A program made the translations under genes and the position numbers. The notes beneath the pieces were generated by a model. The model was not told where the DNA came from. It made no database searches and saw nothing but the letters and a program-made list of their open reading frames with translations. From Amylibacter sp. (lineage in GTDB: Bacteria; Pseudomonadota; Alphaproteobacteria; Rhodobacterales; Rhodobacteraceae), in the NCBI GenBank assembly GCA_965206885.1, contig CBDBLJ010000002.1, positions 18,459 to 82,458 of the forward strand: DNA of 64,000 bases, written 5' to 3'. Each line of letters starts with the position of its first letter. The first letter of the stretch is position 1. Below, one piece after another: positions 1-10,936 of this stretch.

Positions 1-530
1 TCCAAAACAGCCCAATCGGGTAAAAGCTGCGGAGACACGACACCTTTCTTTTCAGATGTCCGTGTTGTCACAATAGAAATCGGCGTCACTTCGGACCCTG
101 TCCCAGCAGTCGTAGGCACCAGAATCAATGGTAGCCGCTGTCCTGTGACCAAACCAACACCATACATATCATCCAGATGCTGTTTTTGATCTGGATAAGC
201 TAAAAGCGCAATGAGTTTTGCCGTATCTAAGGATGATCCTCCACCGACCGAAACCACCCCATCAACGCCAGCAGCCCGTGCCATTTCAACAGCGCTCAAG
301 ATAACTTGTTCAGGCGGGTCTTCTACCACTGTATCAATGATAAGCACACCTAACCCAGCATCATTTAACCCCATTAAACAGGTTTCAACTAAACCCAATT
401 CGAGGATGGTCTTATCCGTAACAACCGCGACCTTTGAGCCCCCTAACTCTCTCATCAACTGACCGATCTTTGCCGTAGCTCCAACCTCAGAAAGAATTGA
501 ACTCGTTGTTTGAAATTTAAAGGGTTTCAT
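1..530 (-). CDS. Iron-containing alcohol dehydrogenase, 5' part (runs off the window edge; absent from the ORF track)
   Basis: Manual translation from ATG at 530: MKPFKFQTTSSILSEVGATAKIG...VSVGGGSSLDTAKLIA...VPTTAGTGSEVTPISIVT. GGGS.LD.AK and PTTAGTGSE are Fe-ADH signature motifs. Confidence 0.9.
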   Translation of the reverse strand, partial: MKPFKFQTTSSILSEVGATAKIGQLMRELGGSKVAVVTDKTILELGLVETCLMGLNDAGLGVLIIDTVVEDPPEQVILSAVEMARAAGVDGVVSVGGGSSLDTAKLIALLAYPDQKQHLDDMYGVGLVTGQRLPLILVPTTAGTGSEVTPISIVTTRTSEKKGVVSPQLLPDWAVL

Positions 531-2877
531 TTTTCAAGCCTTATATTGAAGGGTCCTTCATAAACTATGACCTATTCGCACTATAAATCCAGAAGATAAA
601 AAATATTCTATTCACGCCCACGCAAAATATGTGCTGGTCGTAGCCTAAGCGGTCGCCATGCAAAAATCAGACCCGTGATAAGCGTAATAAAAACACCTCC
701 AATGATGATTGCAAAAGCAGATATTGGTATGAATTGATACTCTGCTTCCATCACAAAAACCATAACTGCCCATCCTGCAACAACACCTGTCAACAAGGCA
801 ACACCGCCCGCAGCAGCCCCAAGAATTATGGATCGTAATGCAAAGCTTGCAAGAATACGTCCACGAGTTGCACCAAGCGTTTTAAGAACTGCTGCTTCAA
901 ATACACGAGCCGGTTCACCAGCAGCAGCAGCGCCAATTAAAACGACAAATCCACTTAGCAAAGTAATCGCTGCCCCGTAAGATGTGGCGGTCGCAATACC
1001 TTTAAGAGCATCTGATACGCGTGCAATTGCATCACGCACACGAATTGCTGTGATATTAGGATAATCGCCCGCAACATTACGCAATAGGTCAGCTTCTGCC
1101 GCCTCTTCTGCATAAATAGTGGCTATATTTGTATGCGGTGCGCCCGCAAGAGCCCCAGGGTTTAGAGTCAGTACGAAGTTGATACTGGCGTTTGAGAAAT
1201 CAACGTTACGGAAATTAGATATCGTAGCGATTATCTCACGTCCAAGAATATTAACTGTAAGTGTGTCCCCTAGCTTTAAGCCGATTTCCAGCGCTTCTTC
1301 TTCAGCAACACTCACAAGAGGTGGCCCCGCATAATCTTCAGCCCACCAAACACCTTTAGTAACAGTCGAATTATGCGGTGGTAGGGCAGAATATGTTATC
1401 CCCCGATCCCCACGAATAACCCAATGATCACCAGCCACATCTCGTGCATCAACACCGTTAATATGTGTAACAATACCCCGTAACATTGGCGCCGTATCTA
1501 CCCGTGAAACACGTGGATCTTGTTTTACCTTGTCAGTAAACGTAGATAACTGATCGGGCTGTATATCCAGAAAAAAGTATGAAGGCGCGATCTTTGGCAA
1601 ATCTTGTGCAATAGAATTACGCAAATTGGCATCAATTTGACCAACAGAAGCCAACACGGCCAAGCCTAGGCCCAGAGATAGAACAACGGATGTTGTCTCA
1701 CTACCTGCCCCTCCTATTGCCCCCAATGCTAGACGTAATGCTGGGTAGTTGCGGACAATTTTAGTGCGTGCCAAACGTGCAGAAATCCATCTGATCCCTA
1801 TGGCTGACAGGGCCAATGCGCAAAGTGCAATCAAAATGCCAGCGGCGGTCCAAAGTGCAAGTTTCGGAGATCCAGAGTACCACGCAGCAGATGCGATCAA
1901 CGCTATAATTAAGAAAAAGATCAAAAGCAGAAATACAATACGTGGTCTGCCATACAATTGACCAGACGGAGAACGAAACAACGATGCCGCGCGTATCTTC
2001 TCTGCCTGCGAAAGCGGCCAAAGCGTGAAGATCAAAGCGGACAAAACCCCGTAAAGAGCAGCTTCAGCTAATGCTGACAAATGCAGGCCAATTGCAATAG
2101 GAACAGGAAATGCTGCTTCTATTGCCGATGATAAAAGGATCGGTAGAGTTGCACCTAATATCAAACCTAAAGTGATGCCGATCAATGCCATAACTCCTAT
2201 CTGAATAAGATAGGTTAGGAAAATTACTTTCCCGTTTGCCCCCAATGTTTTGAGAGTGGCAATCACAGGTGTTTTTCGATCAAGATATGCGCGTACTGCC
2301 GCAGATACACCAATGCCGCCGACCGCTAAGCCAGCCAATCCAACAAGAACCAAAAAAGCACCAATACGATCGACAAAACGTTGAACACCAGGTGCGGCTT
2401 TGCGTCTATCGTGCCAGCGTGCACCTTTGTTTTTAAAACGATTTTCTGCTTTTGCACTTAAACTTGATAAGTTCGTTAAATCGGGAAGCAAAAGCCTGTA
2501 TTTTGCCTCAAAAATGGACCCAGGTTCGAGTAATCCTGCCCCTCCCAAATCATCCAGAGCGACTATTGTTCGTGGTCCAAGCCCAAAACCTGCGCTGACA
2601 TTATCGGGTTCGCGAACTAAAGCTGCTGATAAATAGAATTCCTTTACACCCAAACGAAACATATCGCCGATAGACAATCCCAACCGATCAATCAAAATCT
2701 GCTGCATAACAGCGCCTGGTGTAGATTTATCCCCTGCTAACGCACGCGCCAACGACATATCGGGCTTTAACAGAACTCTGCCATATAAAGGGTAATTTGT
2801 ATCAACACCCTTAACCTGAGTTAGAGCCCGTTCTGCAGTATTGCCATCGCCAACCACAGCCATAGATCTAAAATCAA

Positions 2878-4232
2878 GGCACTTCTCCGCTTTGTTGAGT
2901 AGATTTAGGATTTCAAATAGAGCATAGATTGATTATCTGGAATGGATGATTGTCTAATTTTGAGTTTGAAGTATTCGGTATCCTTGATGCCTCTGGCTCG
3001 CTTACGGATCATTCCTATACTGACATTACCAGCCTCTATCCTGGCGCTTGTGAGCTTGTGTTTGGCGTAGTTGCAGATGCCCACACAATGTTTCCGTAGG
3101 GATTTCGCGAACTTTTTTAGATAGAGCATCTGTGACTGATCTGCTATCAGGCACCAACGTTCCAGTTGCTCCGCCATCGCCTCAAATGAAGCGGCACTCC
3201 ACAGCAGCTGAAGCTGTTCTTTCAAGACGTAAAGTGCATTCAGGTTGCTATTGCTCTCCAGCAACCTTTGCAGCTTGTCACTTTGTTTTTCACTCAACTT
3301 ATCCGCATTTTTGAGCAACAGATAATGCGTCCCTTTCATCAACTCTTTACCACTTGGATCGGCCTTTCTGAACTCAAGTCGACGCTGATTATGGATAGCT
3401 TTGCTGTAGTTTTTCATGACGTGGAAACGGTCAAATACTATGTCGGCCAACGGCAAGGACTCTCTGACAGCCTTTTGGTAGGCAGGCCCCATATCCATCG
3501 CTACGGCCTTTATTTTGCAGGCTGTATCTGGTTGCAGTTGTTTCAAAAACCTTGAAAAAACCTCGGCAGTTCGGCCTGCTTCAACCCAGATCAGATGACC
3601 GCCAACCATATCGTAGACCACCGTCATGTAGTCATGACCTTTCGCCCGGGCAACTTCATCTACACCAATATATTCCAAGCCAGTTAGCTCTGCAGGATCA
3701 AGCGTAGGGAGAGTTTCAATAAGGTATGCCCTGTCGATATTCTTGACCGTTTCCCATCGTATATCCAAATGTCTGGAAACCGCTTGAATAGACATATGCC
3801 GACATAATCCACTGATCAGTCGGCAAAATCGGTGAGTGAAACGGCACCCTTTATCAACAAAATCACACCCCTCAATGCGGCGTTCGCCCTTGTTAATATA
3901 AACCTGCGCCAGCTCAATCTCGACCACACAAGGATACCCAAAAAGGGGGATGTCGTTTACTTGTCGGCGGACATGCTGGTTGATGCTTCCCTTCTGGCCT
4001 GTAGCAGGGTCTATAGCCCTCCTACGCGCGTCTCGGCTGCAGTGAATGACAATCTTAACACCGCCGTCATCCAGTTTAATTTCATTTACACGTTGCCCTT
4101 TGAGGCCTAAAATATGCTGCGAGATGTTGATTGTCATATACCTGCTCTATGTAAAGTTATCAGAAACCATACATATCAACAGGTTACTTGGCGGTCGGCA
4201 TCTTTTTCTACTCAACAAAGCGGAGAAGAGCC
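2878..4232 (-). mobile_element. ISL3-family insertion sequence, 1355 bp, copy 1
   Basis: 25-bp terminal IRs GGCACTTCTCCGCTTTGTTGAGTAG with 1 mismatch; 8-bp TSD AAAATCAA at 2870..2877 and 4233..4240. Confidence 0.95.
2905..4137 (-). CDS. ISL3-family transposase (410 aa)
   Basis: IGVDE, VAMDM...Y, IVFDRFHVMK motifs and a C-terminal EAGN..I..I.KRARG segment typical of DDE_Tnp_ISL3. Confidence 0.93.
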   Translation of the reverse strand: MTINISQHILGLKGQRVNEIKLDDGGVKIVIHCSRDARRRAIDPATGQKGSINQHVRRQVNDIPLFGYPCVVEIELAQVYINKGERRIEGCDFVDKGCRFTHRFCRLISGLCRHMSIQAVSRHLDIRWETVKNIDRAYLIETLPTLDPAELTGLEYIGVDEVARAKGHDYMTVVYDMVGGHLIWVEAGRTAEVFSRFLKQLQPDTACKIKAVAMDMGPAYQKAVRESLPLADIVFDRFHVMKNYSKAIHNQRRLEFRKADPSGKELMKGTHYLLLKNADKLSEKQSDKLQRLLESNSNLNALYVLKEQLQLLWSAASFEAMAEQLERWCLIADQSQMLYLKKFAKSLRKHCVGICNYAKHKLTSARIEAGNVSIGMIRKRARGIKDTEYFKLKIRQSSIPDNQSMLYLKS

Positions 4233-4501
4233 AAAATCAACAATCTCGGATGTCTTAACACTAATGTCTTGCATCCAATCCCGTTCATCTGGTTCAGCAA
4301 AACGGTAGGTGAATTCGAGCTCGGCATCGCCACCAAGTATAACAGCGCCCTCTTCCACCAATCCATTTTCTATACTCATCTTAACCGAGCCGATGCTTGC
4401 AATAGCTCCGACACCCAAGGCAAGACAGATAATGAAAACCCAGAAACCGCGAAGGCCGCTGCGCAATTCACGGTAAGCAATACGAACAGCAACAGATGTA
4501 T

Positions 4502-5206
4502 TCATTCCGCAGCTTTCTGAGCTTGGATAAGATCGATGCGACCATCAGACAAGCGGACAATACGATCACAACGAGCAGCCAATTCAGTCGAATGCGTTAC
4601 CAGAACGATAGTTGTCCCGTATTTGTCACGCAGCCCTAGTAACAAATCAATAATCACCTGCCCGGTGGTACCATCCAGATTGCCCGTTGGCTCGTCTGCC
4701 AACAAAATATCAGGCCGTGTAGCAGCAGCACGCGCCAGTGCAACGCGTTGTTGTTCACCACCAGACATCTGCGATGGGTAATGATCCAACCTCGCACCTA
4801 AGCCAACGGCACAAAGCTCATCTTTTGCTTGTTCAAACGCATCTTTCACGCCTGCAAGCTCTAACGGTATTGCAACATTTTCTAAAGCCGTCATGGTCGG
4901 AATAAGGTGGAAAGATTGGAAGACAACCCCCATATGATTAAGACGAAACTTGGCCAGCGCATCTTCGTTTAACACCGAGAGGTTCTGTCCCAATGCATAG
5001 ATTGTACCACCTGTGGCCTGTTCTAGGCCTCCCATTAGCATAAGGAGCGATGATTTGCCTGAACCAGATGGCCCTACGAGCCCAAGAGTTTCTCCGCGGA
5101 CAACATCCAAAGTGATGTTGTGTAATATGTCGACGGAACCAGCATTGCCAGATAGTTTAAGATATGCATTCTTTAGAGATAGTATAGGTTCAACCAAGAT
5201 TTTCAT
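4502..5206 (-). CDS. ybbA: ABC transporter ATP-binding protein, YbbA-like (likely start 5206)
   Basis: Walker A GPSGSGKS, signature MSGGEQQR, LLADEPTGNLD; divergent from tesA and overlapping the ybbP start. Confidence 0.88.
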   Translation of the reverse strand: MKILVEPILSLKNAYLKLSGNAGSVDILHNITLDVVRGETLGLVGPSGSGKSSLLMLMGGLEQATGGTIYALGQNLSVLNEDALAKFRLNHMGVVFQSFHLIPTMTALENVAIPLELAGVKDAFEQAKDELCAVGLGARLDHYPSQMSGGEQQRVALARAAATRPDILLADEPTGNLDGTTGQVIIDLLLGLRDKYGTTIVLVTHSTELAARCDRIVRLSDGRIDLIQAQKAAE

Positions 5207-5225
5207 CCTCAGGATTTGTTCTACA

Positions 5226-5891
5226 ATGATATATTGTCCGTTACGCGTATTCTGCAAGCAAACAATTGCGTTACTTTTCATACTCTTTTCCATAACGCCC
5301 GTATTTGCAGCGCCTGTGGTTGTCGCCGCACTTGGTGATAGCCTGACACAAGGTTACGGTTTATCCCGTGAAAATGGATTTGTACCGCAACTGGAAACAT
5401 GGTTGCGTGGTAAAGGTGAAGACGTCAAGGTTTTGAATGCAGGTGTTTCAGGAGACACAACCGCAGGAGGGCTGTCCCGTATAGCTTGGACACTAACACC
5501 TGAAGTTGACGCTTTGATTGTAAACCTAGGCGGGAATGACTTACTGCGTGGCATTAACCCTGCTGCAAGCCGTGCGAATTTGGACAGTATCTTACAAATA
5601 GCCAAGGAAAAGGAGTTGCCAGTGTTGCTTGTCGGCCTGATCGCTCCAGGGAATTATGGGCCAGAGTACAAGGTAGAATTTGACCTTATCTATCGCGAAC
5701 TAAGTCACAAGTATGGAGCATTATTTTATGAAAATTTTTTCATTACGCTTATTGAAAACAGTGATGCTAAAAATCCAAACTACCGTTTCATGCAAAGTGA
5801 CGGTATTCATCCAAATGCTTTGGGTGTGGCAAGAGTTGTAAACGATATTGCCCCCCTTGTACTCAAATTGATTGCTCAAGCTCAGAAATAA
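5226..5891 (+). CDS. tesA: SGNH/GDSL arylesterase / thioesterase I, exported (likely start 5226)
   Basis: Signal-peptide-like N-terminus, ALGDSL, NAGVSGDTT, LGGND and DGIHPN blocks; conserved tesA-ybbAP layout. Confidence 0.88.
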   Translation: MIYCPLRVFCKQTIALLFILFSITPVFAAPVVVAALGDSLTQGYGLSRENGFVPQLETWLRGKGEDVKVLNAGVSGDTTAGGLSRIAWTLTPEVDALIVNLGGNDLLRGINPAASRANLDSILQIAKEKELPVLLVGLIAPGNYGPEYKVEFDLIYRELSHKYGALFYENFFITLIENSDAKNPNYRFMQSDGIHPNALGVARVVNDIAPLVLKLIAQAQK

Positions 5892-5943
5892 CACGCCATT
5901 ATGTAATAATTTAGCTCGGTATATGCCTTTACCATATGCTATT

Positions 5944-6843
5944 TTATTTTGTTGTAGGAACAGATTCCAAAACATTAAGAACTTCCGAATATATCCAGCG
6001 AGAAAATATCTGTGCAAGGCTATCTTCTTGTTCTTCTTTTACGGTAATGAAATATCGATCTGATGCTAAAATCCGATCATCAAGCGGCATGATAAGAGCT
6101 TTCTCCGCAATTGCAGGTGTTGCAAGAAGCAGACTTGTCAACGCCACCCCTGCTCCATTACGTGCAAGGCCAATAGCCAAACCATGGGAGTCAACGAGTT
6201 GAGCAATATTTTGGGGAGGCTCTAAATTAAGCTCATTTGACCACTTTTCCCACGTTTCTGAAGTACCAACAATTTGAATACGTCGTGCGTTACAAATATC
6301 ATCCCAAGACGGCTGCCCATTAAATATATCAGGGGCGCATACCATAACAATGTGGTCATGATATAACTCTTTAGCTCCTTTTCCAGCTGCCTCATAAGAG
6401 CCAAAGCGAATTTCGACATCAGCATCTGAAGCCATAAAATCATCTGGCCATAGTGTACTTTTAATGCGGATTTGTACGCTTGGATAACAATCAAGAAACT
6501 TCGATAAATTTGGCACAATAAAACTTTGAGCAAAGCTGATACTTGCGGCAATTGTAAGTGTATCATTTGATTGATCTGGCTCAAAAGCCGCAGCTACGCT
6601 GGCAAGACCACTGATAGACTCAGTCACATTTGGTAAAATACGGCGACCAGTATCTGTCAGAGCTAACCCTCTGGGCAATCGGATAAATAGTGGCACGCCA
6701 AATCGTTGTTCAAGCAGCCGTACCTGTTGGCTGATTGCCGATTGCGTCAGCCCCAATTCAAGCGCTGCCGCAGTAAAACTAAGGTGCCGTGCTGCACATT
6801 CAAAAGCACGGAACCAAGTTAATGGGGGGATTTTTCTCTGCAT
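5944..6843 (-). CDS. LysR-family regulator, GcvA-like
   Basis: PPLTWFRAFECAARHLSFTAAALELGLTQSAISQQVR helix-turn-helix; divergent from the HD/Rieske pair. Confidence 0.9.
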   Translation of the reverse strand: MQRKIPPLTWFRAFECAARHLSFTAAALELGLTQSAISQQVRLLEQRFGVPLFIRLPRGLALTDTGRRILPNVTESISGLASVAAAFEPDQSNDTLTIAASISFAQSFIVPNLSKFLDCYPSVQIRIKSTLWPDDFMASDADVEIRFGSYEAAGKGAKELYHDHIVMVCAPDIFNGQPSWDDICNARRIQIVGTSETWEKWSNELNLEPPQNIAQLVDSHGLAIGLARNGAGVALTSLLLATPAIAEKALIMPLDDRILASDRYFITVKEEQEDSLAQIFSRWIYSEVLNVLESVPTTK

Positions 6844-6858
6844 AAGCCTCAACTAAGC

Positions 6859-6875
6859 CATTAGTCTTTGTAATG
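6859..6875. promoter_or_regulatory. Candidate LysR box CATTA-N7-TAATG (contains T-N11-A)
   Basis: Dyad 16 bp upstream of the LysR start, inside the divergent intergenic region. Confidence 0.5.
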
Positions 6876-6986
6876 ACAGTGACCTAAATTTTGTCGTTTG
6901 TCAAAATGCAGATTGGCCTGAATACTAAGTTAATATGATGCCACTGGCATTTACCTCTCAGCCACGAATAGCCAAAGGGACGTACT

Positions 6987-7607
6987 ATGGAACAGGTTAA
7001 ATTCAAACAAATGAAGGACGGGGATCAAGAGGACTATGCTTTCCTTGATTGCCTTGAACGAGAATATACAAAAGGTACAGCTGATCGCTTGCTGTCAGCA
7101 ATGGTCGAGCTGGATAAAAGCCTATCAGGGTATCAGGTCACACGGCTTGGACATTCTTTGCAATCCGCAACGAGAGCCTGGTACGATGGTGCTGATGAGG
7201 ATTGGATTGTTGGCGCTCTTTTACATGACATTGGTGATATCTTTGCGCCCCATAACCACGATGAGTACGCTGCAACCATCCTAAAGCCTTTTGTCCGTGA
7301 ACAAGTTTGCTGGTGTGTGCAAACCCACGGAGACTTTCAACTGGTTTATTTTGCCGAACATGTTGGTGCGAACCCAAACAAGCGGGATGCCTATGTTGGC
7401 AATCCATACTTTGATGATTGTGCTGAATTTTGTGAACGTTGGGACCAAGCAAGTTTTGATCCAGATTATAAAAACAAGCCGCTTGAGTTTTTTGCAGACA
7501 TGGTTCGAGATGTCTTCGCCCGCCCAGCATATGACGAAAAGATCATGCAAAAAGGTATACGAAAACCACTAACAAACGCAGCACTTTCTGAAGCTCGTGC
7601 GGAGTAG
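6987..7607 (+). CDS. HD-domain protein of the PhnZ/TmpB-like (COG4341) type
   Basis: GHSLQ...LLHDIGD...HNHDE...THGDF...WDQ places His/Asp residues at the spacing of the diiron ligands of HD-domain oxygenases. Confidence 0.75.
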   Translation: MEQVKFKQMKDGDQEDYAFLDCLEREYTKGTADRLLSAMVELDKSLSGYQVTRLGHSLQSATRAWYDGADEDWIVGALLHDIGDIFAPHNHDEYAATILKPFVREQVCWCVQTHGDFQLVYFAEHVGANPNKRDAYVGNPYFDDCAEFCERWDQASFDPDYKNKPLEFFADMVRDVFARPAYDEKIMQKGIRKPLTNAALSEARAE

Positions 7608-8483
7608 ATAATGAATACAATATCAAAATTAGACTTTACACAATGTCTTCTGACAGCTGATCAAGCATCATCATTACCACCTAGTTGTTATACGTCGCCA
7701 GCTGTGGCCGAAGCAGAAATTAATCATATTTTTCGGCAATCCTGGATTGGTGTGGGGCGTGCAGATGTCGTTGCATCACCAGGGGATTACATAACGCTAG
7801 ACATCGCGGATCAACAAATCATTCTATTACGTGACAACACAGGTCAGCTCCGTGCATTTGCAAATGTTTGCCGGCATCGTGGCGCCCGCTTGATCGATGG
7901 CCAAGGCGAATGTAAAGGGCTTCGTTGTCCGTTCCACTCCTGGTTTTATGGATTGGATGGCAGGTTGGTTGCTGCACCACATATGGAAAAAGCACAAGGG
8001 TTTGATAAAGCAAAAAACAGTCTAATCTCTTACCATGCGGAAGAACGTTTAGGGTTCGCCTTTGTTTGCCTTAATCAAGAGGCACCGCCCATTGATGAAT
8101 ATCTTGGTGATTTTGTGAATATCCATGCACCTTGGCCAATAGAAACATTGGTATCTGTGCGGCGTCAAGAAACAGTCGTTGATTGTAATTGGAAGATGTT
8201 TCTTGAGGTTTTCAACGAATATTACCACCTGCCATTTGTTCATCCAGATACAGTCGATAGCATCTACTCAGCACCCGATCCAGCGGATCAAGTTACTGGT
8301 GCTTTTACCACACAGTTTGGTGCAACAGAAGGAACTGGGGGGTTACTAGAAGATACACAAGATAGTGCCCTACCGCATATGCCCAGCCTTTCAGACAAAA
8401 CTGCCAATGGCGCCCGATATACGTGGACTTTCCCAAATATGACGTTTGCCGCTAATTGTGACGCGCTGTGGTGTTATGAAGCT

Positions 8484-9792
8484 GGACACCTCGATTAACC
8501 GCTAATTCCAGAGGTATTTGATAGGCATTTTTTACGGCAGGCTGCTTTTTGACGCAAAAAAAGCCTGTTTTGTTCCGTTTTATGCGGCATTCATGCTTTA
8601 TGGAGCCGCCTGAGCGGGTATTTCTGAATTCTAGACGGATTCAGGCTGTGGCTTGCCGTCGTTCATGGAAGATGAGACGCTTCATATTGTAGGTTATGTT
8701 GGCGAGTGTCATCTTTGTTGTGGCGCGTTGAATTCCGATGGTTCTAATGGATAAATCCATCGGGCCCTTCTGATGACCAAAGACATGCTCGACACAGGTG
8801 CGAAATATAGAACGTGTCGCATTACCGCGCTCGATGTGTTTGGGCATTGGTTTGCCTTTTGGTTTTTTACGGTGGATGTGGGAGAAAAATCCATTGGCCT
8901 TAAGCCATGCCTCATTGCTCTTGGTGCGGTAAGCTGTATCGGCCCAAACCTTGCCAGAACGATTGTCCTTGGTGAGCACTGACGCCAACTCATGACCGTC
9001 ATAGCGCGCTGCATCTGTTGTTTTTTCACCTCTGATAAACCGAAACTTACGGTCAATGCTGATGTGGTTTTTATAGCCAAAGTGAGGTACGGAAATATCA
9101 ACTAACCCCGCATCTTTCTCACCCGTCTTGGTCGTTTTAGCCTTGCTATACTTGACCATCCACCGTGCGTCGGTGTCCTTCTGTGCCGCCTTGGCTGGAT
9201 TATCAGGCCAGATATCTTTTGCATCTTCGCCAGCCTTGGCGCGGGCTTTCTCGCTTGAAGTCATACGTTGGCGTGGGGCTGCAATCAGCGATGAGTCTAC
9301 AATTTGTCCCCCAGTTTGTTTGTAACCCCGATTACGTAAATGATCCTCAAAGGTTGCAAACAAATCAGTCAACACACCCGCTTGGGTCAACTTCTCCCGA
9401 AACACCCAAATGGTCTTTTGATCTGGCGTCGGCTCCCCAATTTGCAAACCAAGAAAACGCAACCAGCTAAAACGATCGCGGATCAGAAACTCCATCCGCT
9501 CATCACTTAAATTATGCATCGACGCTAATATCAAAATCTTAAACATCATAACCGCATCATAGGGCGGACGACCCCCCTGTGGACGCTCTCCATAGTTAAG
9601 TGCACTTGTCAGTGCACACCGAAACATCTCAAAATCCACATGCTCAGAAAGCGCGACAAGTGGGTCGCCTGTTTTAGACAAACGCTCAAGATGATCAGAA
9701 AAATCAAACAATCCTGCTTCGTGCATCAAAATATCCTCCTGAAAATATTGAATCACAAAATACACCTAAAAGATAGGTTTTTAGAGGTGTCC
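8484..9792 (-). mobile_element. IS5-family insertion sequence, 1309 bp
   Basis: Imperfect 17-bp IR starting GGACACCTC; 4-bp TSD AGCT at 8480..8483 and 9793..9796. Confidence 0.92.
8641..9726 (-). CDS. IS5-family transposase
   Basis: GRPPYDAVMMFKILIL...LSDERME, IVDSSLI, FGYKNH, WADTAY and VEHVFG motifs. Confidence 0.92.
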   Translation of the reverse strand: MHEAGLFDFSDHLERLSKTGDPLVALSEHVDFEMFRCALTSALNYGERPQGGRPPYDAVMMFKILILASMHNLSDERMEFLIRDRFSWLRFLGLQIGEPTPDQKTIWVFREKLTQAGVLTDLFATFEDHLRNRGYKQTGGQIVDSSLIAAPRQRMTSSEKARAKAGEDAKDIWPDNPAKAAQKDTDARWMVKYSKAKTTKTGEKDAGLVDISVPHFGYKNHISIDRKFRFIRGEKTTDAARYDGHELASVLTKDNRSGKVWADTAYRTKSNEAWLKANGFFSHIHRKKPKGKPMPKHIERGNATRSIFRTCVEHVFGHQKGPMDLSIRTIGIQRATTKMTLANITYNMKRLIFHERRQATA

Positions 9793-10059
9793 AGCTTACC
9801 CGATGGGTGCAAACCAATGCAAAGTCATCCAGACATCGTGTTTCCCACCAGAAACAGTCGCCCTACCAGAGTTTAAGGAAAAATCTGCGGCCTATCTCGA
9901 ACGGTTAGATGCCGCACTTGCAGAGGATGTTCCAGCGCTTGTTAATCAGCAACGAGGCATGACATGTCCAGATGCACGCGCAGGTCGTTTTCAACCAGAA
10001 TTAGAACCAAACGTAGCCGCTTTTGCTAAGTGGTATGCGCAACAATGGTCATAATCATA

Positions 10060-10926
10060 TTAACATTGGCGAAGCTTGGTTTTCTTAGCGTTTAAATAAA
10101 CTGGTTTATCAATCATTTTGCCATCGACAACTGTGACGCCATCCCCTGATTTTTCAGCACACTCAAAGGCAGCAATTATTTTTGCTGCTTTTATCAATTC
10201 ATCTTCACTTGGTTCAAATGTTTCGTTTAAAATCTCAACTTGGTTAGGATGAATACAAAACCCTCCAATGACACCACAATCTCTTGCCAAATTCGCACCT
10301 GTACGAAACCTATCGAGGTTCTTAAAATCAGAGATAGAGGCGAGAACACCAATAGCAGGTATTCCTAACGCGCAAGCTGATATAACAACCTGATGAAATG
10401 CAGTTCTGATTAATGCGGAATTCGGAGAACATCCAATTTCCGCAGCGAAATCCTCAGTTCCCAATGACAATGCACACAATCTAGGGTGAACAAAACCATC
10501 AACCTGATTTATAGCAATAAGCCCTGTACTGGACTCAATCTGGCAGATAATTATGGGGTTAGTACCGCCATTTTCTGCAATGCTATCAAGCGCCTCACCT
10601 GTAAGCCGAATATGATCAAACCCAAGCGTTTTCGGCAGAACAACAGCTTCACAGTTGTTTGGAAGCGCTTGTAAATCATCCTCAAACAATTCTGGTTCTG
10701 AATTCACGCGCACATAAAATGGTTTGTCGGCCTCACCCAATATTCTTGCTGCTAAATCAAGCTGCTGACGTGCGAATTGCTTAGAGCCGAACGCGACACC
10801 GTCCTCTAAATCCAGACAGACGGTGCCAGCATTACTAACGGCAGCTTTTTCAACCAGCTTTATCTTATCACAAGGTGTAAATAAAATTGACTTGGGAGGT
10901 ATCCAAAGACCACTCACTTGACCCAT
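10060..10926 (-). CDS. HpcH/HpaI aldolase-citrate lyase beta (CitE) family; candidate (S)-citramalyl-CoA lyase
   Basis: LFTP.D, CLDLEDGV, YVRVN, QIES, GTEDF and CIHPNQV motifs; last gene of the mct-meh-mcd operon. Confidence 0.8.
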   Translation of the reverse strand: MGQVSGLWIPPKSILFTPCDKIKLVEKAAVSNAGTVCLDLEDGVAFGSKQFARQQLDLAARILGEADKPFYVRVNSEPELFEDDLQALPNNCEAVVLPKTLGFDHIRLTGEALDSIAENGGTNPIIICQIESSTGLIAINQVDGFVHPRLCALSLGTEDFAAEIGCSPNSALIRTAFHQVVISACALGIPAIGVLASISDFKNLDRFRTGANLARDCGVIGGFCIHPNQVEILNETFEPSEDELIKAAKIIAAFECAEKSGDGVTVVDGKMIDKPVYLNAKKTKLRQC

Positions 10927-10936
10927 TGCTATATTC

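Larger units (their letters stand above)
608..4505 (-). pseudogene. ybbP: YbbP-like FtsX-family ABC permease split by ISL3 (5' piece 4233..4505, 3' piece 608..2877)
   Basis: Removing the IS (2878..4232) and one 8-bp TSD rejoins the frame (...TSEIVDFRSMAVVGDG...) into an 844-aa membrane protein downstream of ybbA. Confidence 0.9.
7611..10054 (+). pseudogene. Rieske ring-hydroxylating/N-demethylating oxygenase alpha subunit (choline monooxygenase/GbcA/Stc2-like) split by IS5
   Basis: Rieske CRHRG...CPFHSW and the mononuclear-iron NWK...EYYHLPFVH motif. Joining 7611..8483 with 9797..10054 gives an in-frame 376-aa protein (...WCYEAYPMGANQ...). Confidence 0.88.

Noticed and set aside
5013-5293. 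Apparent overlap of the long tesA and ybbA ORFs
   Set aside because: This is an artefact of longest-ORF calling; the likely starts (5206 and 5226) are divergent and 19 bp apart, as in the known tesA-ybbA layout.
7611-8498. 295-aa Rieske ORF and 83-aa ORF at 9803 as separate genes
   Set aside because: They are the two halves of one gene; the tail GHLD* is IS5-derived.
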